DNA of 64,000 bases from Klebsormidium nitens (GCA_000708835.1 DF237333.1:26001-90000); one strand, 5' to 3'; positions 23,901-38,900 are shown, numbered from the stretch's first letter. The notes: a model not told the origin generated them from the letters alone. A program made the numbers and translations.

Positions 23901-26900
23901 TAGCAAACATGGGGGTTCGGAAGAAGAGCTAGCTTCCATTCGGCCGAGTTTGTGCGGAACAGGCTAGGTCGGGGGACATGCCGTGCCGCATGAAGCTTCC
24001 ACAATATTGTACAATTTTGCAAGGAACCCATCGTCGGACAGGAGAATCCACGTTGGTGAACAAGATCTGGCCATATTTAGAAAGGTATTGGATCATGTGA
24101 CCTTGGAGGGATTATTAATCTGGGCAGGTACGGCGCCAAACGCCTTGTGAGGACGTATTTGGGTTTCAAAAATGCATCCTACTGACGAAAACCGAAGTTG
24201 GATGGAGCACGGCAAAGAGAGTTGTGGTCACGCACTACTTTGAAGTATTCGACTTTGTGATTGACAATTGAGGTACCGAAGAAACTCTATTCAATCCAAC
24301 AATATCGACAACAAGCCATATATTTACCTCGTGAGAGTTCCTATAGTGTATCGAGGACAAAAACTGAACGGCGCGCACGTGACGAGCGACGGTGGCATCA
24401 GATCGCACTCGCCCTCCCTTGGCAACTGCCGTGGACTCTTGCATCTTCATCGCCACCGTTGGATTGAGTTTTCATCTCATACGAACTTCAGAAGGAAAGT
24501 ATATGCAAGTTCCGCCATCGTTTGATTCCTTGAAAGAAAACGAAAAGAGGCAACCGCCACATTAGCCAAAGTGACGGACCCAATGAGCCTAACCCAAATG
24601 GAACTCCCACCTTGCTGTGTCCGGTCAGAGCTGCGGCGCGCAGTCCCCCCATTGACGTCATGGTCGTCAGCAGGTCCGTCAGCACTTGCGCGGTCAGCAC
24701 CCGGCTGACGAACACGATACACTTGGCGCTCTCTGGGCGCTCCTCTTCCCCGGTCACTTCTTCGTCTCCCCCGGGCAGGTCCTGGCTGTCCACCGTCTCA
24801 GAATGGGAGTCCTCGGGGGATCCCCTGGGCGGAGGGGGATCCCCCAAGCCCCCAACGCCCTTGCCCTGATCCGAAGCTTGGTTACTTTCCGGAGCGCCTT
24901 CTGTGACTATTTCTGGGGGGAATTCTGCGGTGCTAGTGGCCCCCCCCGGAGGAAAGGGCGCATCGACGGCTGTGGGTGTCCCCTCGGGCTCGGGCGTAGC
25001 GCGGATCTTGTCCACGTGGCGGCAGAGCGCGGCCCACACGTGGCGGCGATTGCGGAAGTGGTACTTGTTGAGCTGGCGGAGGAGTTGGGCGACCTTGGTG
25101 GAGAGGAGCCCGCCCTCGATCAGCCGCGGCAAGTCGCACTCATCTGCGCCACAAGGATCGAAGTAGGGGATATGTCTCAGAAATGAAAGCAAAGTGTGTA
25201 ACAAATAGCTCAAGGTAAAGCCGACCTCAAGAAAGAGAAGCGACCGTTGTCTTACATGTAAACCAAAGTGAAAAGGAAATCTGCTTTTTGAAACTCGACG
25301 CCACGGCAGTCTCCTGCTCAGAGTAAGTAAGTCCTGAAGAGGTTTCTGGCGCGTCTGAGTTGGCGCCATTGAGCTCACTTCACCGCAGTCTCGAACACAA
25401 AAAGGACGCAATGATCCTGAGGGCGAACATGTTCTCGGCCGAATTTTCGGGTCCGAACGAAAAGGAAGGGAATGCGCGGCGGACGAAGAAGAGTACGGGG
25501 AGCGGGAACCTCCATCCATTAGGCAGTGAAAAGGTAGAGGACCGAAATCAGCCTCGCTTGAATGCAATACGGGCTGCATCAAAGAAGATAGAGCTGCTTG
25601 TTGAGCGAGCTTTACTTTCAATCAGAATAAATTTCTGCTCTGAAGAAACCTATCCTCGACCGGCTAGCAAGAGGGCTTGCCCAACACCACTGCTGCGACT
25701 CCACAGATATTGGCTTCAGAGTTACAGCCCAACATTCTATTGCGCAGACAAGCACAACAGCTGACGTCATCCACGCCGTTCTGAGCAAATCCAAAAAAGC
25801 AACCAGCGAGAATACAGCGCGAACATAAGGGCCGGCTATGGGAGCCTTTCAGGTTGAATCCGACGTATTATCGTACAAGCGCGTGGACATGAGAACCCTT
25901 ACACAGGACTTCATAGCATGAGAAGAAAAGCACAGAATACCTTGCCGGGATGATTCCGAAGTTAGTAGACGGGGAGGCGATTCGACTGCCTCCCTGCTGG
26001 AGGCCACCTCAAGCAGTGACGTCAAAGGACGCAACGTGCGACCTGAAGAGTGTTCCCAATAATCTAACAAAGTGCTTTGGAAACAGCTCTGAAAACCTTT
26101 GGAAACAGCCCTGAAAACCCAATCTTGTGCATCATACGAGGTCATCGAACATTAAAAGACGAGGCCGTTTGAGCAACCTTCAGAGTGTCTACGGGCAAAA
26201 TATAGAGTAAAAGCTACTATGAGCATGTTAAAGTTGGCAAATACATGCGGCTAAGTGCCGTGACAGTGTGGACGGTTTTCTTGCAACGGAAAAGACATGA
26301 AACGCACAAGAGACTTCGGATCGACAAGTGTGCGGTTATCAGCCAGTCTTTTCTGTGTGACTGGTTGGTTCGTCGTGCCCGACATGAGGTGCCTCGCGAT
26401 CGACCTTGAACTCAATTTTCTACCTCGTTTCTCTAAAGGAAGATTTTGAGGGGCTGCAGGTCACCCGGGAAGTAACCAACATGGCTTCGGATAGCTAGGA
26501 CAGACCCGTCGTGAGCCCAGAACTTCTGAGCCCAGTCACAGCGTCGTCAGAGCCGCTGTCTCGCCACAAGGGCCAGAATGTCGGTGCTAAAAGAGGTTCA
26601 TAAACGACACATGAGCTGTAAAGCTGCAAAATTGGATATCGTCTTGCGGCCACAAGCACTGGGTCACTTCAAGAAGAGAACCCGAAAGGAGTGGATAGAT
26701 GGCGATCAGAAGAAACACTGAGGGGCAATATTTTTCTGTGCCGTTTTCACTGCCATTTCGTAGGGGTCCAACGACAGGTCAGCTTCTAGCAACACGCCAC
26801 GAGTCTCGCACGAATTGCACAAGCACAAGCCCTCTGTGACCACTTCGCCTCGTCATGCTTCTCAAAACGTCGCTCCAGATTCATGATGCTAGAAGGCGCC

Positions 26901-29900
26901 GGCCAAGTTTACCAGCCACAATGATCCTTACAATGATCCGTACACCGAACGTCCTATTTCCCTTCACAGTCAAAGCACACTTCCAGCATATGAGACCGGC
27001 GGTCTCAAAGATGTTCGGAGGACCGCAACGTTTTCGTGAATCCAAGAGAAAGCCCGCTGCAGCCTAGAAGCCCAACTAGAAGGGGAGGTCTGAATAGGGC
27101 CATTTTGATTCTGCTATTGGCCTACTGATGGGAAGTCTACTTTTTTCCTGCCAGCAATACAACGAGTACTGAATCCCTGCGACAGCAAAGGTGAAGCATC
27201 CGAGCCCATTCTCGAACTAGATGAGCTTTAAAGCTCGGGCAAATGCTCTTCACTGCCCAACAAACAGCTTCGCTCATCTAAAACGCGTTTAAGAAAAGGC
27301 AGGTAACGTCAGCAAGTACTCTATTTAGACAGGAGCTTGCTGTTCCCAGTCTTGTGTATAGGAAGCAAGCAATGGATAGCGTTTTGCGCTATAATTGAGA
27401 GTAGTGATCCACTCACCGCTGTCAACAACATGGGCATAAAGATCGACAGACCTTGAGACGGCAATATCGGACCCGATTGGTTGAAGAACTTAAAACACGA
27501 CGTGTCCCACGAAAAAAATCAGACCTCCATTCTTTTCGCAGCTTTAGCCCTGGCGCACGGCAAGTGGACCGTCGCTCAATCCGTTTGCTTGTAATCTTGT
27601 GAGCAAACGAAGCAGGCACGTAAAGCATTGCTGTTAAGGGAGTCGCAAGATTGCAATTCAAAACTGCCCGCTTCAATAGGCAGCAGGCAGCAGCACAGCC
27701 ACACGTTTAGAAGCTTGCTTCAAAAACCCTATGATCCGACGGCTCCGACAGGGCCTATGAGATGTCTTCTAGTTCCGGGCTGGTTTGGACGGTGCAAAAG
27801 CGTGGCGTCTCGACCTGGAATTGGAGTCTGTTCTGAAACTCAGGTCGGTTTTGAACATACGTTACCGCGATCGTAGCCACGTGCAGCAGAAGCAGCCCAG
27901 CAGAGACCGGGACACATATCCGAATACGACGAGATGAAAAAGAAAAAGAGAATCCCAAGCGCTTTTGGGACTCCCTGGAAGTGTGCAACCCGGGAAGAAA
28001 CAGCATCGGAGCTCCATGACACGAGACAACGACGAACGGCACCTTCCGCTGACAGAAAGAGCGCTCTTTGCGATGATCAAGTACGTGCATAAGGGCACGC
28101 TCAATGAGCGCCAGCCCTTTTTTCCATCTTCTGATCAATCCTCCTCTAAGCCCTAGAATGAATCAAGTGTTTTCCAAACATGCTACTTCCAAGCCGTTTC
28201 AACTTCGCATGAGAACTAGCGGCGAAGGCCTCAGCAAAAGAAAACCAAAGGTCGCTAGAGTATTCAAGACCCAGTAACCACGTCACAGTGCCCCGGTGCC
28301 CAAGCATAGAGTCTCGTCTTGCTGAGCAGACAGTCGCAAAAAACACACTAATGGAGCGCAAGCTTGTGACGCATCTGCAAGACGAAACTGGCCCTCTGAG
28401 ACAGCTCAAACTGCTAACGCACTGAGTGGCAAGGGGAACATTCCGGTAAGGGGAAAGACGCACACATCTGGGAAGGAGTATTTCGGCAGAGCGCAGTCCG
28501 TGGACAAGTGAAGAGGAGGTCTTTGAGAGTGATTCGGAGGGGGTATTAACCAAGAGGCAGGAGCTACAACTTGAGTCTACAGCCGTACAGGACGTACCTC
28601 CTGGAGTGGCACCAAAGAAAAAACACTTCGACGCCGGTGCTTTAGGAACTAAGCAGAAAAGCTCGATACAGGTGTCTACGCGGCCTTGGAAGACACGGTT
28701 TTTCAGAGCATAGTTGCGTACCTCCTCTCCTCCAAGGGCGAGTGCGCTGTTTGAAGCATGAGGGATGATCACAAATCCACCCAGCAAGCAATCCAAAATC
28801 ACTGCTGAGTACAAATTGCGGCGAGGAAAGTCTGAGAAGGACCGAGCCGACTGGACGTCGAGACTCGATCAGGAATAACAACCGGAAGAAGTTGTGCTGT
28901 CTGAAATCAGATCAAGATTGGAGGCGTCGGACGAGGCTGCTTTGTTTCCCCACCTCTCTTGGCTCTGCTCGGATCAGGCTACTTTCTTGCCCGCGACAAT
29001 ATCACTACTAGTCGCCATGCTAATATAAGAGAAACGATTCCAAAGCGACAGCATTGAATGAGAACCAAACAGACCAAGTTCCGAACCGCAATTTTGCGAT
29101 TGGACGTAAGCAATTTCCAGGAGCACCCACGGTCTATGACGGAGTAAGAAACATCGACTACTCTTCTTACGCCTCGATCTTCTGAGGCATGTTAGGTATT
29201 CTTTTAATCTATGCAGCACTTTCAGCGTATCTGGATTGCTGTAGGGACAAGCGGCGGGGGCTCGGTATCCAGGGAAATGGAAAAGAAAGCCTGTGAGCCT
29301 TGGAGGCTCACTCAATGAGACACATCACGGCCGCCCAATTCTGTCATTTGCACAGGCTTAACGATTCGGATTTGGTGGTTTCGGGCCCCTTCGAGCAACG
29401 GTCCTCGTCACTACGGTCTCCATTCAAATGGAGAGCTGACCATGTCAGCCCGTGCCGAAGCAAGTCCCATGAAACGGCTGTCTCCAAAACTATCCTGAAA
29501 CAATGTGAACCACCCGTTGCCTAACAAGGTAGGGGCTTGCACAATCGACAATCTGGGCACAAGAGTCCCACATGGCACGATAACCATTACAAGCTTCACG
29601 GTCGGCCCAAGAAGAGCCGGTTCTCAACAGAGCTTGGCCGAAGCCCTAAGTTAGTCGCTATCCAGGTTGCTTCGCAAGCATTTACTAGTACTAGCAAAAA
29701 TAGGAAACGCAAGTTCTCAAATCTGCTAATTTCGTTCCTCTGAAATGAGGGCCGGTTCAAGGTGTCCATGCGCCCATTAAAATGACCGGCATAAGAAACA
29801 AGAAAGAAAGGAGCGTAGAGATACATAAGCCCAATCCGGCCAACTGACTGCACAGGTGTTCGAGCACGCCAGGAAGGTTTTGAGCACCATCTGATTCCCA

Positions 29901-32900
29901 CTGTTTCATCCCTGAGATCGGGATCAGACTGTATCAGATCTCTTCATATAACTGAAATGGTTGACCCACTTTCCCAGTCTAGGGTCAGTTGGTACGTAGC
30001 CGAGAGTCAACATCCGATCAGATCATGATAAGGCTTTGCGTCTGGATGCCGCCGATGATACTTGGACAAAACATAACCAACGAGATACGGCTGTGTGACT
30101 AGTGGGTGCGACATGGAGTGGTGAGCAAACAGCTCATTAGTGCACTAATCACGGCCGTCTCCAGAAAGGAAAGACGTAGACTACGTAAGGCTCAATACGT
30201 GACGTCGACTAAAACCAGCTTTTGATGGATTCGTGGACATCCCCATTGCGAAAGTGAGCTTTCGATTGCTTGGGCCTTGGGCAGCCAAAAGGATCAAGAG
30301 AGTCCTTAACGTAAGAGAATTACTCAAGGCTTCAAAACCAGATAACTCCAAGAAGTGGGCCGAAAAGCCCACTAAGTACCGTTGTCATTACCGTGTAGAA
30401 TTGCCGTCCAAGCACTCGGAAAATATGACTAAAACACGGCCGATAAAGAGCTTTTCTGAGTAAAGGCTCTCAAAAGAACGTTTTTTTGAAGGAAAACTGA
30501 TTCCGGAATAGACGTCCAGCAACCACTTCTTTGCTGCCGGTTTTCAGTTACCATGCCCTGGTCAAGGATGGTGCCCTGAGAAGGCAGACACCTGGCTAAT
30601 GCTTTTTGCAGACGTGCTGTAGCTTATGCTTGTCAGGAATCAGAATTTGCGAAGACCAGCTTCAAGCTCTACGGGAAAGAGAAGCAGATTTCAGCAGAGC
30701 TCTAGAAAGGACATGCTTGTACCGACAGGCCTGGTGGGAGCCAACTGTATCGAGTTACGATATGGAAGCCAATTTCACGACTAGACGTCTGCTTAAGGCG
30801 ACAATCCTGGAACGTCCTGCAATTCAGTATGGATTTGGCAGGTTTGACCGGTAAGGACTCGAAAAACGCCGACGCTCATCCTGTTTGAGCGCAACCCTCG
30901 ACATCTCATTGCACATTGTTGAGTGTGGAACCCGAGAAACCTTCAAGCCCCAAGCCTTATAATTGCAACGTATTGAGAAACCCTTCTTGAAACTCAAAGC
31001 TTAAGCTAGAGTTGTCGTGAGGAGAAAGTGGGCGGCTGTTGTGGGTCCGCTTCTCATTTCGAAAAAGGATACCAAAGCTATTGCGGGGTTCAGGGCATCA
31101 AGCTGGCTGCATAAAAACTAGCGGTACTTTGGGCTCAAAATATGGAAGGATTATGCTTGGGCCACTCGGGCCCAGCCCATGGTTCTTCACGGCCGTTTTT
31201 TGCGGGTCAAAAGTTTTACACACCACGTACCGCAATTCCTGTGGACCTAAGCATTGGCCTTTTCGGAGAATGGGGTTCGAAATGGATGGAGTAAATCCAA
31301 TGTCGGCCAACTGACGGTACTCTTGGTGTTCTCGAGCTTGGTTAAGGCGTGCTTGGTAACCAAGCATCTTATCAGAAAAGCGCGGATACGTTCAGAAAGA
31401 TATGGGGCAAGTTTAAGTGATTTGCGGCGAACGTAGTCAGATTTGTTGGCTCGGAGTTTTTCACATGCATCACCTCTGAGCTCGAAAGTCTCAATAGGCC
31501 CGGTTCATATTTGCCGCTATCTATTTCATAAAGGAAAATGAATGGTCTACACAACAACCTGGAACCAGAACATGGAGAATCGTCTTCGAAAATCGTGCCG
31601 CCGCAGGATGAACTCGCTTAGCGCACTGGTCGAATGTAGGAGGAGGCGCTTTCAGCGGATAGCTTTGGGCTGTACTTTCTCAGACCTAAGGCATTACGGT
31701 CTCAGGATTATATCGAAACATCCTGACAAGAAGGACTATGCGTGTCCGGAGACACTCACTGTAAAATGCTCTCTGAGCAAGAAAACCAGTAAGCCCCTCA
31801 AACCCATTTGAATTTGACGCATCTGTACATGATATTCTTTGAAAGACAGCAAGTGTGCCCGCTCAGGCAAAATAACCAGAAGATCCACGGCATAAGGTTC
31901 TAATTCAACAGGACGACTTTCCGTGTGCATATGTCCAATCTTCTGCCCAGTCGAAGGGCTGCAGGGAACTTGATTCGCAATGCTCTCGTACCAAGACGCA
32001 GATGACTTTGAATTGCGCCTCTTAAGATGAACCTCACCCACAGCTCACTACCCCGGCAATACTGACAGTTATGTCAGCTTCGCCCAAATAATCTTTGCTA
32101 CCATCGGTCGACCGGTGATGAAAAGTAAAAGAGGTCGATTGGTGCTTTCGAAAGCGAAGCAATATGCTAGGGAGTTAAGGTGTTGTACAGAGATCTCTAA
32201 ACCTGCAGAAAATGATTCTTGGGAGACGCATCCAAGAGAAAACTTTCGAGAGGGGCTTTTGCGTCTGTTGAACGGGTAGAAATTTGCTGGCCACCGGACT
32301 CTACGATTGCAAAGCTGACGTCAGCTGAGCTGGCATAGAATGCAAAACCGGAATCCACAATCAAGGTCACGTACAAAGCCGTTACTCTGCGACTTGAGGA
32401 ATTTTCTCTAGAAGCTACGTAGGACGATTGTCAACGAAGGCGTCGCCATTGGTAAGACATACTCTTTCGTTGAGCTGAAAAGCTCGTCAGCGGCTTCTCA
32501 TGGCCCTGTCAGCGGCAACTCAGCACAAATTCGAAACAACCTCCATTCAAGGAGACCAATTTACTCGAAGTAAGCTTGAGACGCCAAGCCCAACAGAGCC
32601 GACTCCGGTGTCGGGATAGGCCGTCGACAGTAAAGGGCATCTATATACGGTGAGCAGTGGTTTTGTTGAGGAAGATGGATTTCGGACACATGGGCAAACG
32701 TGAAAGGGAACGGTGAGAACTGTTTGAGTCGAAGGCACCATCTGCATCCACTGCTTCATCCCTGAGCCACGGATCAGACCGTTTCCGCTTTTCTCAATTT
32801 CAAAGCAACCGCGTCTTTTCTTTGGGCACAGGAAACTTTTGAAAAGTGCGTTGTGCTTCTTCAGCGGAGTGAATCTGCGACGACCAGAAGCAAACACACG

Positions 32901-35900
32901 GATCTTGAGAAGCGTTCTGGCAAGCTTTCAATTTCGTGCTTCAAGCAGGGGCTTTCAGAAGCTGTGCAAAAAACAGAACGGTCTGAAGGCCGGAAACTTG
33001 CATGGCAAATTCGCTCAAACAAATCCTGGGCTCCCCTCATGGGCAGGTTCGAAAGAAAAGCAAGTGGGTTCTCACACGAAGGCTTTCGTGGCTTTGCCGC
33101 TCTCAAGATGCACTCAACAAGCTCAGCGTAATTCTCATGAAACGAAATGGAGAAGACGATCTTAACGATGCCCTCGAACATTTCAAACGACCAATATTCC
33201 AACAGAAAAGCTTTTCGGGCGCTCCATGTACTTTCACTCGAAACCCAGTTCAAAAATGGTCTTCCTTTTGGCTCAGAACCGACCGGGAGGTTGAGCGACA
33301 GAGAAAGCCCATGCTGCCTGACGCTGGATCATTGCCAGTTACTTTCGTCGTGGTCAAAACGTGATATTCACAACTACTAGTAGCAAGTAAGATTTTTTTG
33401 CCAGCTGTACCTGTCCGAGCTTTGTCTGATTCATTCTTCATCAAAGAAGACAGGTGGCAGCGCCAACATGTGGCTTACAACACATTTCCATCAGACATCT
33501 TTAAGCCCCTTCGAAGCTTTCAGAGCGAGCAACCGTGACAGCCGCAAAGTAGTAGCTCGTAAAGGACGTTCCGCTTCCGTCACGACACATTTGTTTTTAA
33601 TACGACTATATCACTGCATATAAGGGCGTCAGAACCGCGCCGCGCCTGCTTTGACCTCGGAAGGTCGACGGTGGGCGCTTCGTTCCCTTCGACAGGGTCT
33701 TCCGGGAAACGCCAGATACAGAACGCCTTGAGAGGAAGCGCGCACAGTAAAGGAAGTAGATGTGGAGCTTCTAGAACTCTCTAGCTACTTCGATGTGACT
33801 GGCGTCTTGTATCAAAAGAACGCGGATGACATCCACGAGTCACCAGGAAACACGTTCCGGTGGAGACGACGGGAGAGCGAGGCAGGTCTTGACAATGTTT
33901 TGGGACATGTCGCAACGTCCTGATTGACCGTTTTGTAAGGCACACCTGCATCTGGTTTTCTTGATCACTAAAGCCGATTCTGTCTGTTGGTTGAACCGCT
34001 GCCCGACCAGACTCAAAAAAGGGCTTTCATGCTTTTATGGAGCTTGCAATACTAGACTCTATGCAGCAGGAGTCGCAATTGTGTGGAGCTCCCTGCATTA
34101 TACTTTCTATAATTCTGAAAGCAGGCTTTAAGACACGAAAGCCGCGTGAGCGAGAAAGCTCAGGTACGTGGCCGGTTTCACCATTGCCTTGGCAGCCCAT
34201 TGGGAAAAGAAGGATAGCGATATCTCAGCAAGCGACACCACCGCATGCAGGAACTCGCAAGATTTGGCTCTCTTACCGACAGGTTTGTTTGAGAAGGAAC
34301 TATTGTATCACCAGCACTGGCTGTTTCTCAAATCCCTTCCTTCTTCTGATAACTCGCAACGTTGCTGCTGGCGATGTTACAACCATTGCGAGCACATGAA
34401 ATATTCCGGGAAAAAGTGGTTGTATTCAGGAAACTGTCGGTAGCTCCACATTCCGGCAATCAAGCATGCACGAGCGCACTGAGACGCCGAGTCCAGCAGC
34501 GGACTCGTCATACACAAACATCAAAACCGTGCAAATCGGAAGCACCATTTTCTCTTCAACTGAAGGCTTTGCAACACGTGTCAACGCACCGAAGCAGCCA
34601 CTGTCTTGAGGGCTGGTCGGCGCACGAATCGAGGCCTGACGTCATTTACTTGATTATGAGACGAGTATCTACTCCCTTCTCAACGGAAGAGTATGAAAGT
34701 GCTCAACCGAGTAAAAGCGAACACATGGCATCAGTCGAGGTGGCAGCAGTCTTATGAGACTGCAAAAATCCAGAGAAGAGTCTCTGTCATAAGCAATTGA
34801 AAGGCGAGCTTAAGCAAACTTTTTATGACGGCATCAGAATGCCTCAAAATGCTCTTGAGCACAACGCTTAACAAGCTCATGGTCAACATTGCCGCCTTAA
34901 AACACAAGCAGTCCGAGTACAGGGGCAGCTAAAAATAGTTCCTAAAAGCATCCTCGCTCTTACAAACGAGGACTTGACGCACCTTTGAGTCCGCAAACAT
35001 GCAACCCACTCCTAGTGACGGCACCCAAGCCGTTGGATACGCCTTAAATTGAAAGGATACTGCTTAACCAAGTATTGACTCAGGACCGATTGGCTTCTCA
35101 TCCGGAGGCTATTGTGAACGAAGTTGTTCAAGTGTGATCCAGCCGCTTCAAGGCTGAAATTTGTTTTAAGGACTGAAGTAAGCAAGGGAAGCCTACATTA
35201 AGTCCGCGACAAGCTCCCATCGGGCTCTCGCTATGTTGGGAGGCGAAAGGAAGGAAGCAAGGACGCTTGAAAAGCCACGACATTATCGCCTTCGCTTCTT
35301 GTAAGCATCCGACTTTAGCCGCTACTGCGTGAAGTGGATAGACAAGCTTAATGAAGGTCTTTTTAAGGTGCTCGATTCGCGACAAGCTACCGTTCCGATC
35401 GACCCGACAGCCTACTGGTCTTTGACATCTTGATAGCGGAACCAGGTTGCGGAAGCCAGGATATTCACATAAAATCTGGATTCATTTTCGCAGAAAGAAA
35501 GCCAGCTTGTGAACACGCATCTGGCTGCTGGTAAAAATAGGCTAGAGGTAAAACGCTGGGCAGTCTGCTCAAGCAGCGCCCTGATTCGTTTCGGGTAAAG
35601 GAGAGGCATCAAGATTAGAGTCAATTTCATGGCTGAGTTCGAGTGCTCAGTAGTAGCTTTATCCCTGCCCGACAGCGAAGAGTGGGGAATCTAGAAGATC
35701 AACCGGAGGGGTTTTCCAACACTCAGCGGCACAGATCAAAAGACAGAGCGTTCAACTTTGACGGTGCGAAGATTTGCTGAGTCCATGACCGAAACGGGAT
35801 CAAACGATGCAGTCTGGCAGGCAAGAAATATATGGACTTGGGCAATTTTGGGCTGTCGCGCAAGCGGATCAGAAAAGAAACAAATGAGACCACACGTGTT

Positions 35901-38900
35901 CGCAGCCCTTTGAAACTTGCTAACAAGGGCATCAGCGCAATACACTGATGAAGACTGAGATTTGAAGCTCAGAGGATGGTTTTCATTGCCCCTAAAAAAG
36001 CAGAAAATTTTGCATGAGCATTAGCTCTTTTAAAAGCTTGCTACCATGATGGATAGCAAGTGCGAAAGACGCACCCTTTTTATAGACAAAGTCTGTCTTT
36101 CAAAGTAGGTCGCAGAAATGCCCTCCAAAAAGCCCCGAGCCCCGCGCCTTCCGGCGCGCGACAACCACGACAGATTTGCTCAAGGTTTGGTCAAAGTTGC
36201 GCTTCCCTTCGACGTCCAAATTACCCTGTGATACCAGACCTTCAAAACCTATTACTCGCGCTCACAGGCTTCGAAAACACCTCCAAACTCGAAAACCTAC
36301 GCGCGCGCGCACCTTCTTGGAGCTCGCTCGCGTCGCACTCCAGAAGCGTCCGCGCGTGGCCCAGGAACCAGCGCTGGACCGCGCGCTCGTGCCGCGCCCG
36401 CCCGACGTCCAAACCCGCAAACACCAGCGCGTCCGCGGCCGCCTCCTCCGACAGCTGCGCCAGAAGCCGCTCCGTCGCCTAAGAAGATAGTAAAAAGGGG
36501 TTGATTGTGTCAACCGGGTATACTATTTGATTCGAGAGAGCGAATGGACGGGACCAGAAAGAAGCGAGCTGCGTGGTGCAGACGACGGGCGGAAGCATGT
36601 CTCCAAAACTTGCTGTAGGAACGGCCCGTTGTTTTATCTCGTCCGACCTCAGGGGTGAAAGCTGGGATATTGAGTAGCGGTGCGTCGAGAAGGAAACTTT
36701 TAGTGTAAGCAAAAGATACTCACTTGGATTCAGCTCATCATGCCCGCTGAGAATATGAAACCGCAGACCATCCTGGCACACGTGCAAGGATGGTTTGCCA
36801 ATTTTTAAGGAAAATTAAGGTTTCCTGCACTTAAAATCCCCACGCCCCTCTCCTCAAAGAGCGAAAACGCAATCCACCTCCTTGTAAGACGCTCTCAAAC
36901 CATACGGATGGACACCTGTGACTCCTACCTTGAAGGCGCAAAATTGCCCCAGCTCCTCCCACGTGTGCTTCACCCGCGTCAGCAGCCTTGCCGCCAGCTT
37001 TCCGGCTTCCGCTCCGATCGGTTCCGCTCCGCCCCACACGGCATTGCAGCTACTCTCGTCCGGCTTTTCGTCCCCATCTCCATTTTCCGCACCACCTTTC
37101 CGCTTCTCAGCCGCAAACTTTGTTCCGTCTGTCCGATCGGCTTCCCCGACGACTTCGGTGATCGCCCGCCTCGTGACTGCTTCTGGGTTAGCCGGTACCT
37201 CCGCCGCTTTGACCGCTTCGTCACTTTGTCCGTCAGTTCTGGCCCCATCCACGGATCCGGAACACTCAGCACTTTCTTGCTCTTCCGGCTTGGCTGCCTC
37301 CTTCTGCATACTACCTTCGTCACCTCCTTTCGCAGCGGCTTCCATTCCGGTCGCTTTCCCGGGTTCCGCCGCTTTCCCGCCCACTTCATCCCCGTCTTTC
37401 ACTCCTCGCGCGTCCGCTTCCGCTTCCGATATCTTTTGTTCCGCCTCCGCCTCAACTCTCTTCTGTTCCGCTTCCGCCGCCCGCCTCTTCTCCTCCTCGC
37501 CGGCCCTTTCCGCTCGGTGAATCAGCTTCTGCAGGCGTCTCATCAGGCCGGAATCGACGACCCCCTCCGAATCGTAATGCAGAACGATCTCGTTGGGAGT
37601 CGGGGCGAAAGTTTCGATGCTGTCCCGGTCCTCGAGTGCGAAGATGGTGCAGTCCAGCGTGCGCTCCAGCGCCGCCATCTGGCGCGCGCAGTCCTTCAGA
37701 TCGGTGACACCTGGCGCGACGAGAGTGGGACGACAACTTCACTTAGTTTGCGGCCCGTCGACCTTGTGCGCCTTGTAGGGGGCGCTTTAGACGGATGAAT
37801 TCACAAAACGAGGATTGACAACACCCTTTTTCAACCGTTCGTCTGCTAGCCCTATTTTAAGACCCTTCCAAAGTCACAGCTCAAAGCACTTAGCACTGAT
37901 CAGAAAGCGACGTAGACCGCCTCTAACACAGCTCTACCTTTCCTTCGAGTTCGACTCTTGCTGAGAAAGCTCGATTGCACAAATGAAGCACGCTCGCTCG
38001 CCTTTTTCGGCCAACCAAGAAGATCGTACAATTCACAGTTCAATCTCCAATCATCCCACCGCCAGCCCCACCTTGGGTGTTAACGGGCGATGCCGTCATG
38101 CCGAAAACTGCCGGCCGATTCGCCACGTCAGCAGCGTGGTAAAACTCGGTGAAGATCTGGCGGTACGGGTGGCGGCCGTGCGCGTGGTGGCACTCGTCCA
38201 CGATCAGCAACCGCAGCTGGGCCATGCGCAGGAAGCCGTGGCGAAGGGCGTTCAGCAAAACTTGCGCCGTGCACACCAGGACCTGCGGAGGGACACGTCA
38301 GAGGACACGTCAGCACTCGGAGGTGAAAATTCGGTAGTTTATTCTAAAAGTTTCCATGTGTCGGTGGGTCGGGTGGAATCTGCAAGGCGATGCGCAGGAA
38401 GCCGTGGCGGAGAGCTTTCAGCAGAACCTGCGCCCTGCACACCAGGACCTGCAAAAGGACATGTCAGCAATTTCAGAGATAGGTCAGCGGGTAGTCTCGA
38501 TGACACGACAGCGGGTTGTTCTAGATTCATCTGATGCGCAGGAAGCCGTAGCGGAGGGCGTTGAGCAGAACCTGCCCAGTGCACAACAGGACTTGCGGGT
38601 GGACACGTAAGCGATGGTCAAGTGACACGTCAGAAAAATCAGGTGGAAAGCCAGCAAGCTACTTCGAAACCCTACATGTGTCAGTGGGTCGGGGTATCGT
38701 TTGTGAAACTGATGCGCAGAGACCGTGGCGGAGAGCATTTATAGCACCTGCGCCGTGCATACGAGGACCTGCAGAGGGCGCTCACGTCATTCTAGACGTC
38801 AGCAGGCAACTGTGTATACGTCAGTAGGTCTGAACTCCAGCAGAAATAAAAGACGGCGTTGCACAGAGGTGTTACTCACTTGCACCAATTATGAACGGTG

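Noticed and set aside
24488-25621. 377-aa single ORF as one Dicer exon
   Set aside because: Only 25143-24611 matches Dicer; flanks are read-through into introns, with good splice sites at both ends.
26073-26117. 22-bp direct tandem duplication TTTGGAAACAGC(T/C)CTGAAAACC
   Set aside because: Isolated two-copy micro-duplication with no associated feature.
30233-30463. ORF faintly recalling a Ty3/gypsy integrase C-terminus (LLGPW...YRVELP)
   Set aside because: No integrase core, RT or LTR nearby; similarity too weak to call.
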